A stretch of DNA of 63,658 bases, the filler included, from Platydemus manokwari (lineage: Eukaryota), in NCBI GenBank assembly GCA_037951405.1. It is 5 parts of 5 records of this genome, joined end to end, with 100 filler letters (N's around TTAATTAATTAA, not from the genome) between each part and the next. Parts side by side here need not be neighbours in the genome. Positions count along the whole stretch, not along the records: positions 10,537 to 29,422 come from JBBMOY010188894.1; positions 29,523 to 41,044 come from JBBMOY010629990.1; 3 more parts are not named here. One strand, 5' to 3'. Position numbers and translations under genes: made by a program. The notes under the pieces are model-generated. The model was not told where the DNA came from. It made no database searches and worked only from the letters and a program-made list of their open reading frames with translations. Shown here piece by piece: positions 26,301 through 38,100 of this stretch. Numbering within the stretch: position 1 is the stretch's first letter; every line of letters begins with the position of its first letter.

Positions 26301-27167
26301 TATTTATAAATCTTCTTCATTCGATTTGATGCATTCAACGAAACGATTGACTGAGATCCACTGGCAGATGATTTATATGGGAATTAATAAATTGAAATTT
26401 CTCTCTTTGATGTCTGCTTGATTAAATTTCTTTTTTATAAAATGGGTAAATTTTATCACCAATTTAATATTTTAAAAGTATATCAAATAGTTTAATTTGT
26501 TTTAATGCATCTGAATATACTACTTATAAAACAAATGATGAGTGGCTTTTATCGGTATAGGACGTTTTTAATTATTAAATCAAACTCATTTTTGTTTAGG
26601 TTTTTTCAATGATTTTTTAATATTTTTTAATTTGTTTTATTCTGTCAACATTATACTACTTACTAAATTACTGTAAAAAGCAAAACGACAAATATAGAAA
26701 TTTTTAAAAATTTTAAATTCAAGTCGATAGAAATCTTGACATTTATTTATTCAAATATTTTTCGCTCGACATAGCTCGTAGAATAGAAATACTCCAACCA
26801 TTAAATTTGGTTCTTGAATGATAAACAGAAAATAATAATTACAAAAATAATTTTTTCCAGTAAATATTAGAAAGAAATTTTTTTCCCCAACTTTTTATAG
26901 ATCAAGTGCAAAAACGTACTAAGAAATTTGACAAGGGATTCTGTGAATTAGAATGACAAACAACATATTGCATTGAAAATGTTAAATGGATTATAAATCA
27001 TTGCATATTATTAAATGAAAAAGAAGAAATTGACTTCATATTCATTAAGACTGCTTGATATACCTTGAAATATCGTGAAAAATATGTTATGATAAGTACA
27101 ACGATAAATCAATGTTTTATTAATGAGTAATGTTTGCGTTGAAGGATTTTCTTTATATGTATATGTA

Positions 27168-27898
27168 TAGTATTGGAACGAAAGTCTTTTCCGACAGAAG
27201 ATAATATTAATTTAACCAATAAAGACAATACGTAAATTGAGAAATATAAATAAAACATTAATCGTCTGTAAATTTAAAAGATTTCAATGTTTTATGAAGA
27301 AATATTTAGTTTAAATGCATTATGAAACCATTTTTATTGTTTAATTTCTATCTTCTAATTAAATATTGTTTTAAATGGCTATTTTATAATAATAATATTA
27401 TTTAGTGATATATTAAGGAGTTTAAGCCAAGTGACTAGCAAAAGCTGACGTAATTTCGTGGAAAGATGGAATGAATGCGCCAGCAATTTAGAAGATGATT
27501 AACTCTGTGCTTGACACCGGTACCGTGTCTGCGAGAAACTGCCAGCGAATAATTGAGAAATTAATTGTTTTACGGTAATACCGCATCAACCATACTTTCC
27601 AAATCTCACCCCTTCAGATAATTACCTATTTTTTCATATGAAAAATGCATTACTCCACTGAGGAGGTTAAAGATGATTTGAAAAAGTGGTTTGCTTGAAA
27701 ACCTGCGGAATTCTATGAAAACGGCATAAAACAACTTCCAGAATGCTAGCAAAAATATGTGGACCTTAACGTTGACTATTGTCAACATTTCAGATTTACA
27801 GACGAATGATGTTTTGTTAATATTTCTCAATTTACATATTGTCTTTATTGGTTAAATAAATATAATTTTCTCAGGACAAAACTTTCGTTCCGATCCTA
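27168..27898 (+). mobile_element. Internally deleted mariner with long (~120 bp) imperfect TIRs, TA-flanked
   Basis: PHQPYFPNLTPSDNYLF (cf. PHPPYSPDLAPSDY) and KPAEFYENGIKQLPEC*QKYVD; inverted repeats at 27168-~27290 and ~27775-27898. Confidence 0.85.
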
Positions 27899-29248
27899 TA
27901 TATACATACATATATATATATATATATTGTTTATCTTCATAAAACATTCATAAAAGTAACTTTTCCAACAACAGACAGTACTTATAATCAAATTCCATGA
28001 TATTGAATTTGCTAAATATAGCACTGTTGGTATTTTTCTTGTAGGATGAACGAAATATTCGTGGAAAATATTTAATGCCTAAAATAGCGCGATTCGTGAT
28101 TGACGTAGAGAGATTTAATTCCAATGTGCAATTCGATTGAAAGCTAAGATGTAGTCCTTCTCTATGATATTGGCAGAATGAATATATCAGATTAATATAT
28201 ATAATCTGCAATTACTGAATAATATCCGGTAATCCGACAATTCTTATTTAACGTTTATGCCTATGATGAAATTTCCAGCATCGATTTAGAGTTTGATCGA
28301 TTGCATTTAGAGTTTTAGGCAGCTGCTGCAGACAATTCTGATATTACCTATTATTTGTTTGAAAGCTACCGTTGTAAATAGATGAAATGGTTTTTCATTG
28401 TATTTTATTTGTAAGAAATAAAATGATTTAAATTTATTATTATGATAAATATAATATCATAATTACATCATAATTATGGCAATGGGAATTTGCAATCACA
28501 AAGTATAATAAAATGTTTGAATATTTAATATAGAAACCGTTTTGATAATTATTATAAACTATATGTCGGCATCATGCTGTGAATAAACTTGAAATTGGAA
28601 ACTCCAAGCGATAATACAATTGGTTTGTGAATTTTATCTGCAAGATATTCACAATTACTATTAGTGTGTGAAGGAATTTGATTTGTACTTTGCTATATTA
28701 AATGACATTTAAATCCAACAAAATACATTATTCCCTGATGTCCGTATAAAATCTTATAACTGACATGTCTTTGAAGACTTATAAATTTGTTATTAAATTT
28801 TTATCAAGTCTTCCCTTTAATGTTTCAATTAAATTTTAACGCTTATAAACGATTTGATATGTGCGTCAAAAAAAATATTAACTTAAATTATTATTATTAA
28901 ATTACAATGTATTATTTGTAATTTTTATTTAATTATTTTAAAAATGAAGTTTTGTTATTTCATTTAAAGATGCCATAAGATTTAAATACAAAAGAATATG
29001 TTTTTAATTCACAAATATTGAAAAAATAACTTAACATATTGACGGACAGTAGGAACAAATGAAGTTCAAATTATAAACGCAAGTATCCGTCAACGTGTTA
29101 AAAATCATTTCTTTAACGAATATTCATTATAGTTTAAACACAGTACTCGTGCATAATATTCTCAGAACGCTTTAAGTATTATCATAGTAATATTAAATTT
29201 GATAAATTTAAAATTTAAGAAAATTTAATGTAAATCTAAATATTTTTT

Positions 29249-29422
29249 GGCTAAAATTAAGAAAAAGGGTCCTTTGACCAACTTTCGTTATAATCAATTT
29301 TCTCATATGAGATAATTTTATAACTTAATTTATATGTAACTACTGTGTTTGATTTATTCGCATAGTTTAGTTAATATCTCATTTTTTTAGGATGTCTAAT
29401 AATTCCCATTCTATTCAAAAGA
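29249..29422 (-). mobile_element. Third, inverted partial copy of the GG..CC MITE running into a gap
   Basis: ggctaaaattaagaaaaagggtcctttgacc... is the reverse complement of the 3' end of 18026-18607. Confidence 0.75.
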
Positions 29423-29522
29423 NNNNNNNNNNNNNNNNNNNNNNNNNNNNNNNNNNNNNNNNNNNNTTAATTAATTAANNNNNNNNNNNNNNNNNNNNNN
29501 NNNNNNNNNNNNNNNNNNNNNN
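29423..29522. other. Scaffold linker N44-TTAATTAATTAA-N44
   Basis: Same 100-nt layout. Confidence 0.97.
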
Positions 29523-29595
29523 TGTTTAAATGATTTGGTAAAACAAAAACTTTAAACAACTAAAAAACATGAATAACTTTTGACTCAGCCTAATA
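29523..29595 (-). mobile_element. Terminal segment of the young mariner-like element, second copy
   Basis: Identical to 10537-10609. Confidence 0.65.
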
Positions 29596-29849
29596 TTATC
29601 GTTACTGATCATTGATTCGGTTTGGTCCTACGAGCTTCTGTTATTAATAAGATCACTAACTCATGAATTAAAATCTTTATAATTATATATCGATTTTAAA
29701 CATTAATATTATTACGTTCGTCTTGTTATTATATTCAACCTTTTATATTCAACTATTACTATTTAATTATCATGTAGAATTGATTATTTACCAACAAAGA
29801 ATCTTAGGACAAAAATAAATTTATCAATTTTAAATGAATATAGACATAT

Positions 29850-30800
29850 ATTAAATATTTTACGTTGGTTCCAAACATCCAGCGATTTTGCAACATATGC
29901 GATGGATATGTTGGATTAAGAAAAAAATAATCAGAAAATTGTTAGAAATTAAACAGAATAATGCAATCATAAAGAAATTGTCTGCAGTGAAATGCCGGAA
30001 CAATAAGTGAATAATAATGAAATCATCAGGAACATCGCCTTCAGCGGTCCAAAATAGTCAATATTAAATAACTTGAGGCCACCAAAATATTAATTTATGA
30101 ATGTGAGATAATTGAAATCTCCAAAATCACACAAATAACCCTCTTTCTATATTGAAAGAACAACGGTATTTACTTAATTAGGAACAACAATGTCAACAGA
30201 CTTGGGATAAGAAATTGTACCATATCAAACTCCAAGAAACATCAAAATGCTCATTGTATTCAATATAACAAGCATCCTAGAATCAAGGCAGACATTTCTA
30301 AATATTCCAGATCTAGCAAAAGCTAGGAATCTAGATAATTGCGTTTGCATGCGGAATCAGACCTTAAATGCATAAATAATGAAGGAGGCAATACTGCAAT
30401 GTGCCAAACCTACTTCCTGATCTACACGCAGAAAATAAAACTAGTAAAAATAGGGCAGTCTATATGCAATTAGAGCAAACATGGGAAGAGCAGGTGCAGG
30501 TAGCAATTGAGTTAACCAAGCTACAATAGCACTAGAAGATATGGAAATTTGGTGTTAAACCATATATGAGAATACAACTATGTAGACAGACATCTAGTTG
30601 TTTCACTGGAGCTTGTGAAACCATCCATATGTAAAATGCTGTGAATTCCCCTGCGGAAACTGAAAAATTAATTATTAACCTAAAAATTTCTGAAACATTT
30701 CATTTTCGAGGACAGCCATTGGAACATGAAATGCAAAGAAATGCAGCATACAATTAATTAAACCTAATATTAAAATGCAACATACCAATATGAGTAACAA
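29850..30800 (+). mobile_element. Possible degenerate LINE reverse transcriptase
   Basis: YVDRHLV-like segment (~30578-30600) followed by KLIINLKISETFHF; many stops. Confidence 0.3.
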
Positions 30801-31867
30801 AACAACTCAAATGTCACTCAAAATCGTTATCATTTTTAAAGAATTATTTTTTTTAATTTATGTTTCTTAAATATTTGATTGATTTTACTAAACAAATTTT
30901 ATTTTAATTTAATATTTATTTTTCCATGTTGGAGTAGTTTATCGAATTGTTATCATATTCTGTTTGGCTAAAATATAATTTCTATTTCTCATGTATTAAC
31001 GCCTATAAAATAATTAAAAATATTTAGTTTTAGGAATTTCTTCCATTTTGTTATTATTATTAGGTTTTTATGTGAACCTGGTACTTATAAAATATGGTTT
31101 TTATATTAATTAATCTTGATATTCAGTACTGATGATAATAAAAAAATTAAAAGTATAATTAATGACAATAACTTGATATATTAATATACAGCATGAAAAT
31201 TGTCTAGAAAACATCCGTTATTGGTTTGTTTTAAATATGAGAAGTAAAATTAATAAAAAATATAATAAAATATAGTGGTTGTAAATTTGAAGGACTGTGA
31301 TTGACTAGCTAGGGTGGTGTGGGGTATCACTGTGTGTATATCATTGTAAGCGTCGTTTAAAGATTTTTGTTCATTATTTTTGAATAATTTCTGACAGACT
31401 TCACATTTTTTTATTTATCAAGGGTCACTTTCCAAAAAAAAATAATATCATGTAGAGTATTTTGTAAATTAGTTGGTCTTGATCCTAAAAGGAATCACCA
31501 GTTTATTCAAAAGAGAAATTATTATTTTCGCTATGGGAATTCGTTAAGTAACAAAAATTATGAAATTATTTAAATAATCTTATCGTCAGACATAAAAATC
31601 TTAAATATTATATCAATATGGCAGGTAAGAAACGGAAAGGAATTTTAAATTTCTAAAGTGATATAAATTAATTGGTTGAGATCATCTCAAAGATGGGAAT
31701 GCCCTGTCAACTTTCAATTATTTAGGCAGATTAATGAAAATTGAAGTCCAAATATGATGAAATAAAATTTAATATCAATTAAAATAACAAAAATATAGAA
31801 ATAGAAGCCAAAGCCGACTCAAACCCAAAATAAAAAATTAAGATCGATATAATACTGTGATCAAATA

Positions 31868-32390
31868 TGACCGTGTGCTTTACAATTAAATAAAAATCTT
31901 TATTTTTTCTTTCTAATCAATTTCAAAATAATCATCATCTGACACAATGCACTTATTCCAACGTGTTTCCCAATTCTCGAAACAATTGTTACAGTCGATT
32001 TTTGGATTGTTCTTCAATCTCTTTTCAGAATCGACTCTAATCTCCTCAATCGAGTCAGAGCAGTGTCACTGGAGTGGTTTTTTGTGTTTATTTAATAACC
32101 AGAAGTCATCAGGTTCTTGATCAAGCAGATTCAGTAAAACTAAATGAATTGAATTTTTTATGGAAAATTCTCAATAAACCAATGAAATCTCTTCAGCTTT
32201 CGATAGAGTCATGACAACAGAAAAGAACGAACTGTTAAATGGATGTGAAGAACGAGAATAAACCTCTCATAAAAACCCTCTCGCAGAACTTAGAAATCGT
32301 GTTTAAATAAAAATTAATGCATAAGACGTTGATTGAAACACACAAATTAACAATATATATCAAATAAACTTTTGGCTGAAATCATCAGTC
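31868..32390 (-). mobile_element. Internally deleted mariner remnant
   Basis: DFWLLNKHKKPLQ*HCSDSIEEIR...CFENWETRWNKCIVSDDDYFEID* (~32110-31910), a typical mariner C-terminus. Confidence 0.75.
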
Positions 32391-33450
32391 TTTTATGGTC
32401 TGATCCTGGCTTTCTAAGAATATTTCACTCGGGTGCTAAGCCCAGTGATACTTGACATTGTTATTTAGTTTGAGTTATGAGATCATTTAGCTTTATCGGA
32501 TTAAGAGAAATTATTTTTAGTGCAACTTTTCACATTGCTCTTGTTTATTTATCCAACACATGGATCACCAAAAATAATCTATTCTGCAAAACCCACATTT
32601 ATTTCATTAACTTTGTGATGAGTGATAAAAATCGGCTGGCTTGATTGATCGAAATAAGAGATTATATAATTTACAAAAACTATGACATCAAGTGACAAAA
32701 ACATTTCTAGTTACAAGTGAATCTAAGATTTTTCATTGTTTGTTTTTTCTTAGTTTTTAATAAAATTTTATCGATTTTGTTGGGTACAATTCTATAATAG
32801 ATAAATAATAAATAATTTTTTCGATTTCAATTATAACTCACCTTAAATAAGAGGAATAGTTAAACTCTAAAAATAAAATTACAACATTATAAAAACAGAA
32901 GTAGAATTAAAAAGTTACTAAAGATAGTAACTATAACATTAAAATAATTAAAATAGTAATATTAAGTACTAAAAATAATAAATAAATAGAAATGAAATAT
33001 AAATACTTAAATGAAAAGTCAAAAGAGCCCATTAGAAAATTATAAGGATAGCTCATAATCGATATCACTGCTTAGCAAACAATTCCGCTTATTAAATCAC
33101 CGGAATTACCAATAAGTAATTATTCAAATCAAAGATTAAATCAATTATCTGAATAAACAGACCCTCTACAAAGTCAAAATAAATAATATAATGCATTTAT
33201 TTAGCAAATTTAATTTGCTCATTACGAAATTACAGGAAGAAGAAATATGTCATTTCAATTAACTCAAAAGAATCCAATATTACTTATTTGTGTTGCGTAG
33301 TTCACAAAATGATGGAAATAATCCTCAAATGGTAGATACATACAGATTCGATAAGCACACGTACCAATAGATAATCGGATTCTTTCAATCAATCCATATT
33401 CAGAACTCAAGTGAAGCTCTGTGACACCAAATGAACACACCTAATAAGCC

Positions 33451-33487
33451 TATAAAAGGTGTTGAATTTCTAGAACATTTTTCAGTC
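33451..33487 (+). promoter_or_regulatory. Candidate TATA box plus initiator for the decarboxylase gene
   Basis: TATAAAA at 33451-33457 and TCAGTC at 33482-33487, ~31-33 nt apart; donor-like CAG|GTACTC at 33583/33584; acceptor AGs at 35116 and 35136 just before the ATG. Confidence 0.5.
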
Positions 33488-35139
33488 GTTTTGACTGGAA
33501 ACTCTTATTCTGTGTGAATTTCACGTGATTTTTTTGATAACCCGTCTTTGTAATAAACTATTGTTTCGCCGTTTAACTTTCAGGTACTCTTCCATTACTG
33601 ATTTAGTGTGATTTTAATCGCATTTGGTAACGAATCGAGTTTCATAATCTATTACAATTTTCAGTATCCATCTTCACTTGATTTTCTACCAAAAGGAATT
33701 GATTCGAAATAGACATTGAAATTTTCTTTTATTTTTGTTTTAAATTACAAAATAATATAGCAAAAATTATTATTATGCTGTCGACTTAAGATTGACTTTT
33801 AAATGGAATTTTTGTGTCGCTTATAAATAATTCTCTTTACCAAAACCATATTTTCAAAAATCAAATTTATTCGATTAATAAAATTCGATCCAATTTGTTT
33901 GGAAAATATTCATCAAATAACCTTTATATGATTTCTATTCAGCATATCGACGTAAAAACATTTAGGCGAACTCATTTAATGATCGGAATTGTTTATTTTT
34001 GCCTTTTTTAAAATAATCTCCAAATTATTAAATAAAAATAAATGGAATATATTTTCAATTTTCTTTTCATGTCAAATTCATACAAAAATTGCAAATATTA
34101 AATTCTAAATATCTAAAAATTAATCAAAAACGCTTTTAATAATACATAAACAACTGATCTTTCCGGTCTGTACCATGATAATAAATTAATATGTTTTAAT
34201 ATATCAAGCGAGGCAGATTGAAAACTTTATAAAACTATTAATTGCATCCAGTAACGTTGTAAGAAAATGAGTTTTTTGCAATTTTTAATGTAAATACAAT
34301 ACAATTGTCTTAAAAATAAATTAAAAAAATGTTCAATACCACTTCAATCAGCAATCTATTTCCTGTTCAGTCCACTCAAATCTGTCAAGGAGATTGTTCT
34401 TAATTAATATGTCATAACCAGCTATTTCTTTGTCCAATAAATTCAGAATATCAAAGTTTGTTTCATTTAATTTCGCGATACCGAAAAATCTATTAGTTTT
34501 CAAAACGAATTCGTACTCATTTATCAGTAAGTTTTTCTTTGATCATTTTTGATTCAATAAAGGTCTTTGGTCGTAGAATGTCGCGAACAAAGTTCAGTTG
34601 AAAGTATTTATTTGTAAAATAGTAATGGAAACATTTAGAATCTTTTTTGTCGATTACTAACATTCTGTTTTCGTTTAATTTTCATTAATTATTTCTTCTT
34701 TGAAACATAACATCATTTATTGGGTTAAATTAAAAAAATTTGTCAACAATAAAATTCCAATTCAACTAGTGATAATGATATTCTGACCTTCAAAATAAAC
34801 TACGACTTTGATAAAACAAATATTTAAAAATTATAATTAAAATAAAAAACAGTTATTTGAATTATAATTACTGTGTATGAGTATACAGTTAGAAATTATG
34901 AAATTTCAAAGATCAGTTAAATCTTTGTCAGTGAAAAGAGTTCAGATAGGTCATTGATTAAAGTTTCTAATATAACAGCGGCATGTATAAAGCATTCTTT
35001 GACTCTGACCTTCTTTTGGAATATATTATAAAACTTTTATTATATATTCGTTAATTATTTCATTTCAATATGCGAAGAAATTTAGTAAGTAACAATAATC
35101 AAATAAAATTTTACAGAATTTAAAATCTACTTTCAGCGA

Positions 35140-38100
35140 ATGGATGTTGAAGATTTCCGAATATACGGGAAAGAATTAGTGGATTATATTTGCACATATC
35201 ATGCAACTCTAGGCCAAAGAAGAGTTATTCCAAATGTGAGTCCAGGCTATCTGTCACAGTTGATGCCAAATGAGCCACCAAATTCTCCAGAAAAATGGGA
35301 TGACATAATAAACGATGTGGAACGATTGATAATGCCCGGAGTAATTTGGAAAGGCTTTTTTATTGCTATTAAAGCTAATATTACTCAAAATTAGATTACA
35401 CATTGGCAACATCCGCGATTTCATGCTTATTTCCCGTCAGGAAATTCTTTCCCATCAATTATGGGTGATCTGATGTCAGGTGCCATCGGTTGTATTGGAT
35501 TTTCGTGGGTAAGAAATATAAAATTTAATCTACGTGATATACGATATATTATTTAGAGATAAATTACTTCTTATTTTAATACTATATTTTATATAAATTT
35601 TATCCATTTCACGTTTCTTATGTGTATGTTTATAATTGAAAGTTTTAGATAATATATTTATATGGCTGGAATTATAATCGTCAATATTCTCCAACAAACA
35701 ATGACATTAATAATACATTAGCAATCAGACTATATTAATAATAATCCCACCACGAAATTAAAATATATACATGTTAATATTGTGATATTTATTGATTATC
35801 TTTAAGTTATGAATTATTATTTTTTGAGAAAATATTATATTTGGCTTGTTACCTTCTAATTATGCAATTATTAATCGAGATTTGGTTAAGTCAATTGATT
35901 TTCTAATCATATCAATGTATAAAACAATTATGTTCATAAAATTATTTTTCCAAATATTACAATAGAATATTTCATGTAATTGATTTTCCCAGGCTGCAAG
36001 TCCAGCTTGTACAGAATTAGAGATGATGATGCTTGATTGGTTGGCAAAAATGATGAATCTGCCCAAAGTGTTCATGCACAGTGAAGGTCTAGGAGGAGGT
36101 GGAGTAATTCAGGTATCAATTTCATTTATTAACTTGTGTTCACATACAATTGCATTATTAATTCATTTTCGAAAGAACAAAGATGAAAATAACAGAAGAA
36201 ATCATATGATAGAAGAGTTTCAAGATTTATTCCTTTTTTATATTTATTATTATGGTTGACAAAAATCAATTATAGGATATTAAACGATGAGAAAAAGTCA
36301 CACTTTAGTTGTCGGAACAATTTCAGATATGCACTAGATTCACGATTACAATTATTTTGGTAATTATCATAGAGATAATTCTGATAAATCGTATCGGCTT
36401 GTTATCGACTTCTAAGTAGATCTGAAATATACCGACGATAATAATATCTGATATGACAATATTATTAGATATAATCATTTCGAAATTATATTTGAATTAT
36501 TAAAATAAAAATGAAGTATTTCAACTGTGCGAAAAATTTAAACGAATAATTTTAATAATAATTTAATAATAATTTCAAAAATTAAAAAAATATATTTTGG
36601 ATATGTATTAAATTATTGTAAAAAAGTTAACATTACATAGTTACATTATATATATGTGTGTGTGCGTATGTGTGTGTGCGTATGTGTGTGTGCGTATGTG
36701 TGTGTATGTAAAAATAAATAAGTTAAGAAAATGTATAAATGAATTCTTCCGTTAAATCTTCAATATTAAGCGAAGTAGTTACTACTAATATCAATAAAAA
36801 TACTTTCAATGCAAATCAAATAATATATGAAACATGCTATGAATATTGTGATTCGTCATTTGGTCTAAAATATCAAATTTGTTCTCCACACGATATACCA
36901 AATAAACCACTTGCAAAAATATAAAAAATAAATCAGTTTTCAATGTAAATTTCAGTGAATGCTATAATGAACATTAAATACGTTCTCTTTTATGTGTAAT
37001 ATTATTTTAAATAAAACTTAATTCCACAACATGAACAATGACAAGAAATGAATTCTAGAATATTTTATTTGAATTATAGAGATCCAAAATTTCATTGAAT
37101 TATTCGGGAAATTGGATTTTTTCATTTTCTGGAATAATTTTAAACACTTTTATTAATAAAAAAATATTATTCCATCAATTATTTTTGTTTTTGTACCACT
37201 TATGATTATAGTTTCTTCAAATAAAATTTTTATAAATTATAGATTTATGAATGATAATTAAAGTCACGTTGAACATGAAACAAATTATAGCGTAACTGGA
37301 GTCAAAACCAATGACAGATCGATTACAGTAAAGTTGAAGAGGTTGTCTTTTCTATACTGATGAACGGAAACTGCTACAAAACTTGGCTATTGATTGACTA
37401 TCGATTGTGATTGTCAGTTATTCGACATATATTCATTCACTTATAACCCTTACAGTTACAATTTTAGAAAATACTAAATATAGTATTAATAAAATCTCAA
37501 ATATTTTATTTAGTCGATCGTTTAAATAACTTTTTACAATTCGAATCAATTGATCAAGTTATATATAATTCATAGTGAGTATAGCCAATGATAAATCATT
37601 TTTAAGTAATACAATTTTAATGCTATTTTTATCTCATTTTTAGGGATCTGCTAGTGATTGTATTCTTGCATGCATGCTGTCTGCTCGACACCAAACTATA
37701 AAAGATTTTAAATCGCGTTTTCCACTTAAGAAAAAGATTGAAAATATGGAACAATCGAGGAACATTGAAGCGGCAATTCTGACAAAGCTGGTTGGGTACT
37801 GTTCTTCATTGGTGATGAATAGTTAATCTTTTCATATTTCGATAATGTTCATTATTTTTAAAGGCACATGCTTGTGTTGAAAAGGCTGGAATGATCTCAT
37901 TCGTAAAAATACATCAACTAGATGTGGATGATGAATATTCGTTGAGAGGATCGACATTGGAAGAAGCAATTGAAGTTTTTAAAAAAATTTAAAGATGATT
38001 TTTTTTAATTTTTTATGTAGAAAGACAAAAGAGCTGGATTGATTCCTTTTTTTGTAAGTTAATTCCTACAGTTTAGTCAATATTTTAAATTTCCCCAGGT

